This document shows positions 9,433-18,850 of a stretch of DNA of 64,000 bases, one piece after another (position 1 is the stretch's first letter; each line of letters starts with the position of its first letter). The DNA is from an uncultured Verrucomicrobiota bacterium. GTDB taxonomy: Bacteria; Verrucomicrobiota; Verrucomicrobiia; Limisphaerales; JAEYXS01. The position numbers were made by a program, and so were the translations under genes. The DNA is taken from NCBI GenBank assembly GCA_964589735.1, contig CAZPUL010000008.1, positions 1,213 to 65,212 on the forward strand, given 5' to 3'. The notes beneath the pieces were generated by a model. The model ran no database searches, was not told the DNA's origin, and saw only the letters and a list, made by a program, of their open reading frames with translations.

Positions 9433-9476
9433 CGCAGGCTTCCAGCCTGCGGGTTATGGCAGCATCTTGCTGCCAT
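9433..9476. repeat. REP-like pair of adjacent perfect hairpins
   Basis: CGCAGGCT-tcc-AGCCTGCG and ATGGCAGCA-tct-TGCTGCCAT. The second has the same ..GCA-TCT-TGC.. architecture as the hairpin at 42954-42974. Confidence 0.6.
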
Positions 9477-9573
9477 GCTCTCCCTCACTCCTTCAAGATT
9501 GAGCCATGCTTGACGGTTGAATTCAGCCATGACTCCAACCTGAGTCCCAAGCTTTACCATTGGAACTTTTTTT

Positions 9574-9616
9574 GGACTTTGAGCTTTGAATTTTGAGCTA
9601 CCCCTATTTTTCCCAT
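9574..9616 (+). repeat. copy 2 of the shared upstream motif (three tandem heptads plus CCCCTATTTTTCCCAT)
   Basis: 'GGACTTTGAGCTTTGAATTTTGAGCTACCCCTATTTTTCCCAT' lies 56 nt upstream of the glpF ATG. Confidence 0.55.
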
Positions 9617-9671
9617 CGACGCCCTGCCCCATCCGCGCTAGCGTTTCCTTCGTTCCACAAACAAATCTCTC

Positions 9672-10400
9672 ATGAGCCCATTCGCTGCCGAATTGATTGG
9701 GACCATGCTCCTCATCATTTTAGGTGATGGCGTGGTCGCGAACGTCGTGCTTCAACAATCCAAAGGCCAGAACGGCGGTTGGATGGTCATCACCACCGGG
9801 TGGGCCCTCGCGGTCACCTTTGCGGTTTACTGCGTCGGCTCCATCAGCGGCGCTCACCTGAATCCGGCCGTCACCATCGCCGTGGCCAGCATCGGCAAGC
9901 TGTCTTGGGATATGGTGCCCGTGTACATCGCCGCGCAGATGCTCGGGGCCTTCTTGGGTGCTGTCCTTGTCTGGCTCGCCTACCTGCCGCACTGGGAACT
10001 GACCAAAGACCCGGGTGCCAAGCTCGCCGTCTTCTGCACCGGCCCGGCTGTGCGCAAACCCGCCTCCAACATGATCACCGAAGTCATCGGCACCTTCATG
10101 CTCGTGCTGGGCGTGCTCGCGATTCTCAACCCCGCCAATCTCGTTCCCAACTCCGGCTTCGATGTCGGCTTCGGCCCCTTCCTCGTCGGCATCATCGTCT
10201 GGGCCATCGGCCTCTCGCTCGGCGGCCCCACCGGCTACGCCATCAACCCCGCGCGTGACCTCGGACCACGTATCGCCCACGCCCTCCTGCCCATCGCCGG
10301 CAAAGGAAGTTCCGACTGGAGCTACGCCTGGGTGCCTATTGTCGGCCCCATCATCGGCGGTGTCATCGCCGCCTTCTTCTACATCATGCTCTGGCCTTGA
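9672..10400 (+). CDS. glpF: aquaglyceroporin / glycerol uptake facilitator (MIP family)
   Basis: Two NPA boxes, 'HLNPAVTIA' and 'AINPARDLGPR', with six hydrophobic segments. Confidence 0.9.
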   Translation: MSPFAAELIGTMLLIILGDGVVANVVLQQSKGQNGGWMVITTGWALAVTFAVYCVGSISGAHLNPAVTIAVASIGKLSWDMVPVYIAAQMLGAFLGAVLVWLAYLPHWELTKDPGAKLAVFCTGPAVRKPASNMITEVIGTFMLVLGVLAILNPANLVPNSGFDVGFGPFLVGIIVWAIGLSLGGPTGYAINPARDLGPRIAHALLPIAGKGSSDWSYAWVPIVGPIIGGVIAAFFYIMLWP

Positions 10401-10423
10401 TGTGACTGTGGTTTAACTGGCCC

Positions 10424-11971
10424 TTACTTGAGTAATTCCCGGAGTCTGGCCACATCTTCGCTTCCTGGCCGGGCCTTTTCCGCACGCTCGAACTGCTGCT
10501 CCGCCAGCACTGTGATACCGCGTAGGGCATAGTACAGCCCCCGGGTATAGGCGATGCTGGCCACCCAGTTGTCATCGCCATCTGACATCTGGTCCAGTTG
10601 CGCCAAAATGCCCCCGTAGTTTGAGAAATCATCCCCTTTCGGATCACTATTTTTTATCACCCAAAAACACGCGAACAGCTTCACTAGCTGGTCATCAGGC
10701 GCCAAGCGCGTGGCCAGTTCGATCTCTTCGGAAACATTGTCTGGCTTTCGCAACATTTCATAAGCCTTGGCCATTTTTAGATGCGTCCAGGCATCTCTCT
10801 CATATCGTTTGGCACCTTTGGCTTCCTGGATGAGTTGCTCATACTTGCCGCTGTATTCCAAAAAGTTCAGGTAGCTTCTCCAGTGATGGATATCCTCCGG
10901 CATCAATTCCGTGAGCCGTTTGGTGTAGGCCGATCCCTTCTGGTAGGCTTTTGCCTGGATGGCATAAAGCATCAGTGCTTTTCCCACCATCTCATGATTT
11001 CCGTGATCGCCCTTTTCTAAAAAATGTTCCAATCGCGGTATCAGATGAGGATCTTTTTCCAGCCATTGTAGGCGACCGGGCAATTCGTCTGCGGAGGGAC
11101 TTTCACCGCTGGTTTTCATGGTTGCCATGGTTATCAACCAGACCAGTACCGAAACATCATCCTGATGAGCTGCAGCGATCTTTCTGATTTCCTCGTCTTT
11201 GATGCTTTTGACCAGAAACAAGGTCGCATTGAACTCCCCCTGCCGACCATTGATCCGGCCCTTCAGTACATCCGCCATCGCCAGGACACAAGCACGCCCA
11301 TGATAACGGCCAAACTCATTCGTTGCCAGTTCCAGCCCTTGCTCATAATTCGACGCGGCTGCTTTCAAAAGACGGTCCAGCTTCTCTAACTGGGCTTCAG
11401 GCACCTGTATGATGCCGTTTAACAGTTCTTCCAAAGTTGACCTCCTTTGCCCCGGCGTGACCAACTGCCGTGCCTGTGTGAATTGAACGTCGGCCAGCGT
11501 CAATCTGGCAGAGGCATTTCGCGCGTCCCGCATCAATAATTCGGTCGCCACTTTTTCCGTCTCGTCAAAATCGCCCAAATTCTTCGCCGCCTCCATGAGC
11601 AACTGTTTGGTTTCTGTGTCATTTTTGCCTGACTTGGAAAGGGTCTCTTGAAGTTTGCGATAGATCGCCTTCGATTTTTCCTCTTCGTCCACCTCATCCC
11701 AAGTATTGGCCAGTTTCAGCAAAAACTGGATATTTTCACCTTGCTCCCCCAGCTTCGCTTCCATCTCTTCCGCCGCCTTCTTTTTTTGCGGTATCTCAGT
11801 CCCTTTGGCCTTGTTGAAGTCGAACTTCGATGCGGCCTCGAAATCGAATTTGAAGTGAACGGTCAGCTTGGGCAAAAACGCTGCCTTTTGGATTTCAGCC
11901 AGGGACGCCGCCGCCCAGCCTTCTGTCGTCACCATAACGAACAGGACAACAGCTAATAATGCTTTGTACAT
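10424..11971 (-). CDS. exported alpha-helical (TPR-like) repeat protein of unknown function
   Basis: Signal peptide 'MYKALLAVVLFVMVTTEGWAAA'. Helical repeat composition. No catalytic motif recognised. Confidence 0.5.
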   Translation of the reverse strand: MYKALLAVVLFVMVTTEGWAAASLAEIQKAAFLPKLTVHFKFDFEAASKFDFNKAKGTEIPQKKKAAEEMEAKLGEQGENIQFLLKLANTWDEVDEEEKSKAIYRKLQETLSKSGKNDTETKQLLMEAAKNLGDFDETEKVATELLMRDARNASARLTLADVQFTQARQLVTPGQRRSTLEELLNGIIQVPEAQLEKLDRLLKAAASNYEQGLELATNEFGRYHGRACVLAMADVLKGRINGRQGEFNATLFLVKSIKDEEIRKIAAAHQDDVSVLVWLITMATMKTSGESPSADELPGRLQWLEKDPHLIPRLEHFLEKGDHGNHEMVGKALMLYAIQAKAYQKGSAYTKRLTELMPEDIHHWRSYLNFLEYSGKYEQLIQEAKGAKRYERDAWTHLKMAKAYEMLRKPDNVSEEIELATRLAPDDQLVKLFACFWVIKNSDPKGDDFSNYGGILAQLDQMSDGDDNWVASIAYTRGLYYALRGITVLAEQQFERAEKARPGSEDVARLRELLK

Positions 11972-12034
11972 GATAAAACCCTCGGCGTCATAAAACGACT
12001 GAACCGTGACCAGCGGGCAGACCTTTCCGCTCCG

Positions 12035-13528
12035 TTACTGCGCCGCCACCCGCCCCGGCTCCCGCACGCCCGCCCCCTTGCGCTGCGTCAGCGAATCTCC
12101 CAAGTCTTCCCGCATCAGTTCCGCCAGCTTTTGCAAGCGCTCTACCACCTCCGGGTTCTTCGCCGCCACGTTGGTGGTCTCGCTCAAGTCGTTCTGCAGA
12201 TCGTAAAGCTCCAGCTCCGTCTTCGCATTCTCGTAATTGGCTGGTTTGCCGTCTGTGCCGCCCGGTTTGCCCGCCAACGTGCGATACGTATGGGGGAAAA
12301 ACAGCTTCCAGCGCCCGCTGATCACTGCCTGCAACTGGTTGTTCGCGTAATAGATGTAATATGCCTCCTGCGGACTCTTCGCGGTGGCATCACCCTTCAG
12401 CAACGACCAGATGTCCTTGCCGTCGATCTTCTTCTCCGGCAACGGCGCCCCCACCAGTCCGGCGATTGTCGGCAGCAGATCGATCGTCATCGCCGGCAAG
12501 CCGCTCACCCGGTTCTGCGGGATCTTGCCCGGCCACCGCGCGATGAACGGCACCCGCACACCGCCCTCCCACGATGTCCCCTTGCCTTCGCGCAACGGCC
12601 CCGCCGAACCCGCATGCGTGCCGTAGGAAAGCCATGGACCATTATCCGATGTGAAGATCACCAGCGTGTTGTCATCCAGCCCGTTCTGCGACAGCGCCTT
12701 CAATATCTCGCCCACGGACCAGTCGATCTCCATCAGCACATCACCATGGATGCCCGTTGCCGATTTGCCCTTGAACTTGTCCGACACATACAACGGCACA
12801 TGCGGCATGTTATGCGCCAGGTAGAGGAAAAATGGCTTTGCCTTGTTCTTCTCGATGAACTTCACCGCCCGTTCAGTATACGAAGTCGTCAGTTGCGTCT
12901 GCTCCTCCGGTGTGATTTCAGGATCAACGATCTTGTCCCCTTCAATCATCGGCAGCGCCGGATAGCGCTTCTTCTTGGGCGAATCCGCAGGCAGATCGAC
13001 GAGGTCCGGATGATACGGCCACATGTCGTTGGAATACGGCAGCCCGTAATACTCATCGAAACCCTGCCTAACCGGCAGCAACGAAGGATGATCTCCCAAG
13101 TGCCATTTACCGAACATCCCCGTCGCGTACCCCTTTTGCTTCACCACCTCCGCGATGGTCATCTCTGCCGGGTTCAATCCAATCTTTGCCCCCGGTCCCA
13201 GCGCCCCGTGGATGCCCACGCGATTATTGTAACACCCCGTCAGCAAGGCCGCGCGGGAAGCCGAGCAAACCGCCTGGCTCACATGGAAATTGACGAAACG
13301 AATGCCCTCCTTCGCCATCCGGTCCAGATGCGGCGTCTTATAGCCTTTCGCCCCAAACACTCCGACATCCGCATAACCCAGATCATCCGTGAAGATGATG
13401 ACCACATTGGGCGGACGGCTCTCTGCCGCCTGGGCCCCGGCGTTTACCAGCCAAACTGCGACCAGCCAAACTCCCAGCAGGATCTGGAAGCTTGCCGACC
13501 TTGCCTGAATGGCTGGCCGCTTATTCAT
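12035..13528 (-). CDS. arylsulfatase (formylglycine-dependent sulfatase family)
   Basis: '[17 protein letters not shown]' and sulfatase signature '[11 protein letters not shown]'. The ATG at 13528 gives a signal peptide and sits 5 nt past the upstream gene's stop. Confidence 0.9.
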   Translation of the reverse strand: MNKRPAIQARSASFQILLGVWLVAVWLVNAGAQAAESRPPNVVIIFTDDLGYADVGVFGAKGYKTPHLDRMAKEGIRFVNFHVSQAVCSASRAALLTGCYNNRVGIHGALGPGAKIGLNPAEMTIAEVVKQKGYATGMFGKWHLGDHPSLLPVRQGFDEYYGLPYSNDMWPYHPDLVDLPADSPKKKRYPALPMIEGDKIVDPEITPEEQTQLTTSYTERAVKFIEKNKAKPFFLYLAHNMPHVPLYVSDKFKGKSATGIHGDVLMEIDWSVGEILKALSQNGLDDNTLVIFTSDNGPWLSYGTHAGSAGPLREGKGTSWEGGVRVPFIARWPGKIPQNRVSGLPAMTIDLLPTIAGLVGAPLPEKKIDGKDIWSLLKGDATAKSPQEAYYIYYANNQLQAVISGRWKLFFPHTYRTLAGKPGGTDGKPANYENAKTELELYDLQNDLSETTNVAAKNPEVVERLQKLAELMREDLGDSLTQRKGAGVREPGRVAAQ

Positions 13529-14369
13529 TGTCCTTCTTTGCTTCGGAGACTTGGTTGATCTGCAACAACGAATTCTGCGCGGCCCCACTGATCTCCTCGT
13601 TACGGACTTTGGCCAGCTTCTCCAGCTTGGGCAGGGCTTCCTTGGCCGCGGGACCGTAGAGGCCCAGGGCTGACGCCGACGAAGCCACCACGGAAGTGTC
13701 CTTGTCCTCCAGCATCGTGATCAGTATCGGGATGGCCAGCTCGCCCTTGACCTGGCTCTTGCCCACTGCGGTGGCCATCCAACTGCGGACGCTTCCCTCC
13801 GCATCCTGCAACCCTTTGAGCAAAGCATCGGCCGCACCCGTGGCTTCCCCGGCTTTCATCCGCGAAAGGGACGCGGCCGCCATGGCTCGCACCTGCTTGT
13901 CAGGGTCGGAAAGCTTTTGCACTAGTGGAGTCACCGCGTCTTTGCCGATGGAACCAAAGGCGGCCGCCACATCCAGCCCGGAATCCTGCACCGCCAACAA
14001 CGGCAGCAATTCAGGGATGGCCGGGGCTGCGGCAGCTCCCAACACATTAAAGCCACGCACCGCACCAAGGCGCAGTGTATAAGACGGCGGATATTCCACG
14101 TTCAGCACCGTCGCCCATTTCTGCCGCTGTTCGGAATCCTGAGCTTTCATCATGGCCACCAAGTGTGGCAGGAAATCCTTCCCGTTGGCTTGGATCGTCT
14201 GCTTGGCCTTGTCTCGGATTGAGGTTTCCCGCGAGGCCAGTTCATCCATCCAAGTGACCACCCGTTTGCCTTGCACCTTGGGACCGCTCAAGTCCGAAAC
14301 GACCAGGGCATAACCTCCGGCGAGCAATCCGATGAAAACAAGGATACCGATGATGAAGGGCTTTTTCAT
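13521..14369 (-). CDS. membrane-anchored HEAT-repeat protein
   Basis: N-terminal TM segment '[24 protein letters not shown]', then repeated HEAT/PBS-lyase-like units ('[37 protein letters not shown]...'). Confidence 0.6.
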   Translation of the reverse strand: MKKPFIIGILVFIGLLAGGYALVVSDLSGPKVQGKRVVTWMDELASRETSIRDKAKQTIQANGKDFLPHLVAMMKAQDSEQRQKWATVLNVEYPPSYTLRLGAVRGFNVLGAAAAPAIPELLPLLAVQDSGLDVAAAFGSIGKDAVTPLVQKLSDPDKQVRAMAAASLSRMKAGEATGAADALLKGLQDAEGSVRSWMATAVGKSQVKGELAIPILITMLEDKDTSVVASSASALGLYGPAAKEALPKLEKLAKVRNEEISGAAQNSLLQINQVSEAKKDNE

Positions 14370-14426
14370 GATTTCATCCTTAATGCGCCAAACCGCCTTT
14401 TTCGACAAGGAAATCTTGCAAAACCT

Positions 14427-15275
14427 TTATCCCGGCTGGCGGACTGGCCGCTTCGTGTAATACGCCAGCCCGATGGCCAGCAATACCAGTAGGTTGCCCG
14501 CCCAGAAGTCTGAACCAGCGCCCGCCGCGCTGCTTTGCAGATATTTCCCGCCCCAGTCATAGAGCAGCAACAACCCCGCCGCGCCGATACCGAACGTCAT
14601 CCACCATTGCTTGATATCCCACACCGGATGCAGCATTAAAATCAGCACCGCCATCAGCAATAGCAGTGAGCGCATCGCCGGAAACTTGTTGATATGCGCC
14701 CAAGTCAGCAAAAACGTATTCACCCCCGGCAGTTTCACCTTCAGCTTGCCGTCCACCCGCTGGAAATTCTTGTCCGCCTGCGGGCTCATCACCTCATTCG
14801 TCCCCGCCGCCACCCATACATGGCTGAGATTTCCCACGATCCGCACATCTTCAAACCCGCGCGAACGCAGGATGCTCGCCGCCAACACCGCCTGCCCGTC
14901 GCAATCCTCCCGCTTGTTTTCCCACACCTCCGCCACCGTCGGCCAGTAGTCCGTATTGCCCCACACATCCCAATCGTAACCATATTTGATTTCGCGATAC
15001 ACGAAGCGCTCCACCGCTTTCAACTCCTCCTTCTTCGTCCCCTCCGGCTTTAACTGCTCATCGATCTTCTGGTTTATCTCCGTAAGAAACAGTGCATTCG
15101 TCTCGATCAATGAATCGGGATTCTTCCAGCGCGGAATCTGCTTCATAAACTGATCCGGTCGCGGAAAGAAAACCACCAGCGTGAACAGCCCCAACAGCAG
15201 GCCCTTGATCAGCACTCGTCGCCCTAGGGGACGCGCCGCCAGCCAATCCCACCAATCTTTCCCGCGCCCGCTCAA
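14427..15275 (-). CDS. transglutaminase-like cysteine protease-fold membrane protein
   Basis: Core 'REDCDGQAVLAASILRSRGFEDVRIVGNLSHVWV' (Cys...His) plus C-terminal TM helices. The first codon is TTG and overlaps the upstream stop (TTGA). Confidence 0.6.
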   Translation of the reverse strand: MSGRGKDWWDWLAARPLGRRVLIKGLLLGLFTLVVFFPRPDQFMKQIPRWKNPDSLIETNALFLTEINQKIDEQLKPEGTKKEELKAVERFVYREIKYGYDWDVWGNTDYWPTVAEVWENKREDCDGQAVLAASILRSRGFEDVRIVGNLSHVWVAAGTNEVMSPQADKNFQRVDGKLKVKLPGVNTFLLTWAHINKFPAMRSLLLLMAVLILMLHPVWDIKQWWMTFGIGAAGLLLLYDWGGKYLQSSAAGAGSDFWAGNLLVLLAIGLAYYTKRPVRQPG

Positions 15276-16180
15276 GCTTTCGCCTCCAGATACCCGCGCA
15301 GGACAGTCAGATCTCTCCGATACGCCTCCCGCAGGCTCTTCGCATCCTCCGGCAGAGCGTACTCCACATGCAGCAACACTGGCTGGCTATACCCGCTCGC
15401 CTTCACCATCTGGTAGAATTTCGGATTCACCATCCCCTCGCCCAGCGGCACATTCAGCGCCCTCTTGTCCTGCCAAGCGAAGTCCTTCGCATACACCAGC
15501 CCAAGATGCGTCTTGATGAGATTAAAATTCAGCTCCCAAGCCGTCCCTCCCTCCACTGTCGCATGCCGGATATCGAACGCGATGGCGATTTGCTTCGGGT
15601 CATACTCCTTGAAGAGCTGATAGATGTCCCACACCGGCGAACCGAAATAATTCGCCCCCGAATGCACCTGATACACCGCGCCCAACCCCAGCTCCTTGTT
15701 CAACGCCACGATGTCTTTCACCACCGGCTTCATCGCCTCCACCTGCTCGGCGATAGGCTTTTTCGAATCATACTTCCACGCGCCCAGGCGATATCGCTTC
15801 ACCCCGAGCTTCGCCGCCGTTCGCAGCGCCTTCTGTGTCAGCGGGTCGGAAGCATTCGTTATCGCCGTGGTGAGTTCGGTGATCTCCAGCTTCCGTTTCG
15901 CCAGCACCTCCAAAAACTTTGGCAAATCCTCCTCCACCCGTTCCGGCAAGACACGCCCTTTCGGACGCAATGCCGTCGCCACCCCCATAAAACCCAACTC
16001 TGCCAGCATATCCGCCATCTGCTCGACAGGCAGATGCTGCAATGCCTTCTCAAACGCCGCGATGGGATAAGGCTTCTCCAACGCCAAAGAATCAACTGAA
16101 GCGGTGGCCAGTGCCAAAGTAGCCACGCCAGTTCGCTCAATAAACCTGCGCCGGGACACGTGTTCACTCTGGGAAAGCAT
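15272..16180 (-). CDS. Tat-exported sugar phosphate isomerase/epimerase (xylose isomerase-like TIM barrel)
   Basis: 'SRRRFIERTGVATLALATA' Tat leader. TIM-barrel pattern with 'HSGANYFG', 'DIRHATVEGG' and 'LHVEY'. Confidence 0.7.
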   Translation of the reverse strand: MLSQSEHVSRRRFIERTGVATLALATASVDSLALEKPYPIAAFEKALQHLPVEQMADMLAELGFMGVATALRPKGRVLPERVEEDLPKFLEVLAKRKLEITELTTAITNASDPLTQKALRTAAKLGVKRYRLGAWKYDSKKPIAEQVEAMKPVVKDIVALNKELGLGAVYQVHSGANYFGSPVWDIYQLFKEYDPKQIAIAFDIRHATVEGGTAWELNFNLIKTHLGLVYAKDFAWQDKRALNVPLGEGMVNPKFYQMVKASGYSQPVLLHVEYALPEDAKSLREAYRRDLTVLRGYLEAKA

Positions 16181-16227
16181 GCCACTGTTCTAGCACCTCC
16201 ACCAAACCGTCCAAGGCTAAAGAAGCT

Positions 16228-16752
16228 TCATGACAACCGCCGAATCTCTTCTGCAGTCAGCAACTCGCGCTGCAATTCCGCAACCGCCTTCGATTGCCCT
16301 GGTAAAACCAGCTCCGGCGCAATCTCCACCAACGGAGCTAAAACAAACTGCCTCAGATGCGCCCGCGGATGTGGTATCACCAATTTCACCGTGTTCCGCA
16401 CTTCATCCCCAAAGACGATGATATCCAGATCCAACGGCCTCGGCTCATTCATCACCTTCTTAGGCCTCCGACCTAACTCCTTTTCCAATGCCTGCAACTT
16501 GCCCAGCAAACTCTCCGGCGTCTCACCCGGCAGCGGCATCAGCCCCGCCACCGCATTCACAAAGTCCAGAGAACCTGGCGGGCAATCCACCGGCGAAGTC
16601 GCCCACAAACTGGAACGCAAAAGCGGCTGGTCTGATAACTCAGCCAGCCGCTTCATCGCTTCCTGCAAAATAGATACCGAATCCCCGAGGTTCGAACCCA
16701 ACGCGATGAAAGCCATGTTTTGCATAACTATCATCTGAACGACTCTCGTCAT
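16228..16752 (-). CDS. folK: 2-amino-4-hydroxy-6-hydroxymethyldihydropteridine diphosphokinase
   Basis: 'AFIALGSNLGD', 'RPLDLDIIVFG' and 'LVIPHPRAHLRQFVLAPL'. The start may be one of several ATGs between 16716 and 16752. Confidence 0.9.
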   Translation of the reverse strand: MTRVVQMIVMQNMAFIALGSNLGDSVSILQEAMKRLAELSDQPLLRSSLWATSPVDCPPGSLDFVNAVAGLMPLPGETPESLLGKLQALEKELGRRPKKVMNEPRPLDLDIIVFGDEVRNTVKLVIPHPRAHLRQFVLAPLVEIAPELVLPGQSKAVAELQRELLTAEEIRRLS

Positions 16753-16766
16753 TCGGGCTTCGTCAT

Positions 16767-17507
16767 TTATTTGAGCCCGAGAACATCCTGCATGCTATAG
16801 ATCCCCGGTGCCTTGCCCACGACCCACTGCGAGGCGCGCAACGCACCATTCGCAAACGTATCGCGGCTCGACGCCTTGTGCGTCAATTCCACCCGCTCGC
16901 CATTGGCCGCGAAGATGACCGTGTGATCACCCACCACATCGCCACCGCGCACCGCATGGATGCCGATCTCGCTGCTCGTACGCTCGCCCACGATACCTTT
17001 GCGTCCGTGCCGCAATTCCTCTTCGAGCTGCACCTTCCGCACATCACCAAGGATCTCCAGCAACGTCGTGGCCGTGCCGCTCGGAGCATCCTTCTTCAAG
17101 CGATGATGCATCTCCACCACTTCGAGATCGAAGCTTGGCCCGAGAATCTCCGCCGCTTTGCGCGTGAGCCAGAACAGCGTGTTCACGCCCGTGGAATAGT
17201 TCGAGGCCCACACGATCGGCACCGTCGCCTTGCAGGCCGTGATGCGTTTCTTGTCTTCCTCGTTATGCCCCGTCGTGCCGATGACCAGCGCCTTCTTGTG
17301 CTTCGCGCACAATTCCGCGATGCCCGCCGTCGCATTGTGAAAGCTGAAATCGATCACCGCATCGCACTTGTCGATGACCGTCGCGATATCATCGCCCTGA
17401 TCGACCAGGCCGACGATTTCCAACCCCGCAAAACTCTTCGCACACGTCTGCAAAGCCACCCCCATGCGGCCTTTGGCACCCGTGATGATGATCTTCGTCG
17501 TGCTCAT
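16767..17507 (-). CDS. dapB: 4-hydroxy-tetrahydrodipicolinate reductase
   Basis: 'KIIITGAKGRMG' and 'EVVEMHHRLKKDAPSGTA'. Confidence 0.92.
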   Translation of the reverse strand: MSTTKIIITGAKGRMGVALQTCAKSFAGLEIVGLVDQGDDIATVIDKCDAVIDFSFHNATAGIAELCAKHKKALVIGTTGHNEEDKKRITACKATVPIVWASNYSTGVNTLFWLTRKAAEILGPSFDLEVVEMHHRLKKDAPSGTATTLLEILGDVRKVQLEEELRHGRKGIVGERTSSEIGIHAVRGGDVVGDHTVIFAANGERVELTHKASSRDTFANGALRASQWVVGKAPGIYSMQDVLGLK

Positions 17508-17516
17508 GCGCGCTCC

Positions 17517-18395
17517 TTACTTGATCACTCCCGTCGCTTTCATCGTCGCGGCCAGCGTTTCCCGGTTCTTCGCGCTGAGCGAGACCAAAGGCAGACGCAC
17601 GCCGCCCTCGATGAGGCCCATCATCTCCAGCGCCGCCTTCACGGGCACCGGATTTGATTCGATGAACAAGTCCTTGAACAACGGATAATACTTCGCGTGC
17701 AACTTCAGCGCCACGGCGGGCTTGCCGATGGCAAACGCCTTCACCATGTGGCTGACTTCCTTCGGGATAACGTTGGAGGCCACACTCACCACGCCATCCG
17801 CGCCCACCGCCATAAAGGCCAGCGTCAACGAATCATCACCGCTCAGGATGACGAAGTCCTTCGGCAACACCTGGCGAAGCTGGCTCACGCGCTCCGGCGT
17901 GCCGCCCGCTTCCTTGATGCCCACGATGTTCTTATGGGCAGCCGCGAGGCGCTTCACCGTGTCGATGCCGATCTCGATACCGCAACGGCCGGGAATGCTA
18001 TAGAGCACCAGTGGCAGCTTCGTGGCCTTCGCGATGGCGGAAAAATGCTGGAACAAACCTTCCTGTGTCGGCTTGTTGTAATACGGCGCGACCTGCAAGG
18101 AACCATCCGCGCCCACTTCCTCGGCGCGCTGGGTCAGGGAAATGGCTTCCTTCGTGGAATTTGCCCCCGTGCCCGCCATCACCTTCACCTTACCCTTGGC
18201 GAACTTCACCGCCAGCTCGATGATGCGGATATGTTCATCATAATCAACGGTTGGCGACTCGCCCGTGGTGCCCACAGGGACGATGCCATCGACGCCGCCT
18301 TTGATCTGGAGCTTGATGAGGCGCTCCAGCGCAGCTTCGTCGAGGACGCCATTCTTGAACGGCGTTACAATCGCAGTATAGGTTCCAGTAAACAT
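17517..18395 (-). CDS. dapA: 4-hydroxy-tetrahydrodipicolinate synthase
   Basis: 'MFTGTYTAIVTPF', 'VPVGTTGESPT' and 'VGIKEAGG'. The ORF-track start at 18404 is TTG; the ATG at 18395 is preferred. Confidence 0.92.
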   Translation of the reverse strand: MFTGTYTAIVTPFKNGVLDEAALERLIKLQIKGGVDGIVPVGTTGESPTVDYDEHIRIIELAVKFAKGKVKVMAGTGANSTKEAISLTQRAEEVGADGSLQVAPYYNKPTQEGLFQHFSAIAKATKLPLVLYSIPGRCGIEIGIDTVKRLAAAHKNIVGIKEAGGTPERVSQLRQVLPKDFVILSGDDSLTLAFMAVGADGVVSVASNVIPKEVSHMVKAFAIGKPAVALKLHAKYYPLFKDLFIESNPVPVKAALEMMGLIEGGVRLPLVSLSAKNRETLAATMKATGVIK

Positions 18396-18523
18396 TTGTA
18401 ACAAATGGAGGGCGAGATTTGGGCAAATCCCCCCTTTTGGCGAGTGTTTTTTGCGCCCCTTGACTCTGCCATCTCCCCTGTGCTTACTTGAGGGGCAATA
18501 CTTTTTTGTTTTTTGCAGTATCT

Positions 18524-18850
18524 ATGCCGACATACGAATACGCCTGTGAGAAGTGCGGTCACGCTTTTGAGAAGTTCCAGTCCATGAAGGATGCCGCCCT
18601 GACGGTTTGTCCGAAAGACCTCTGCTGCAAGAAGACCTGGGGCAAGGGGAAGGTCAAACGTCTGATGGGTTCTGGTGCCGGCCTGATCTTCAAAGGGAGC
18701 GGTTTCTACATCACCGATTACCGCAGCGAGGGTTACAAACAGGCCGCCAAGGCGGACGCTGGCAGCAGTGCCGGCACCAGCAAGCCGGCTGAGACCAAAG
18801 CCGCCAGCAGCGATAAACCGGCCAAACCAGCGAAAGCCAAGAAGACTTGA
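18524..18850 (+). CDS. FmdB-family zinc-ribbon protein with a Lys/Ala/Ser-rich tail
   Basis: 'MPTYEYACEKCGHAFEKFQSM...LTVCPK' (CxxC...C) and 'GSGFYITDYRS'. ATG at 18524. Confidence 0.85.
   Translation: MPTYEYACEKCGHAFEKFQSMKDAALTVCPKDLCCKKTWGKGKVKRLMGSGAGLIFKGSGFYITDYRSEGYKQAAKADAGSSAGTSKPAETKAASSDKPAKPAKAKKT

Noticed and set aside
8001-9616. The tandem heptads and repeated motif as a CRISPR array or minisatellite
   Set aside because: There are only 2-3 heptad units per site and two sites 1.5 kb apart, separated by a normal gene. There is no repeat-spacer periodicity and there are no cas genes.
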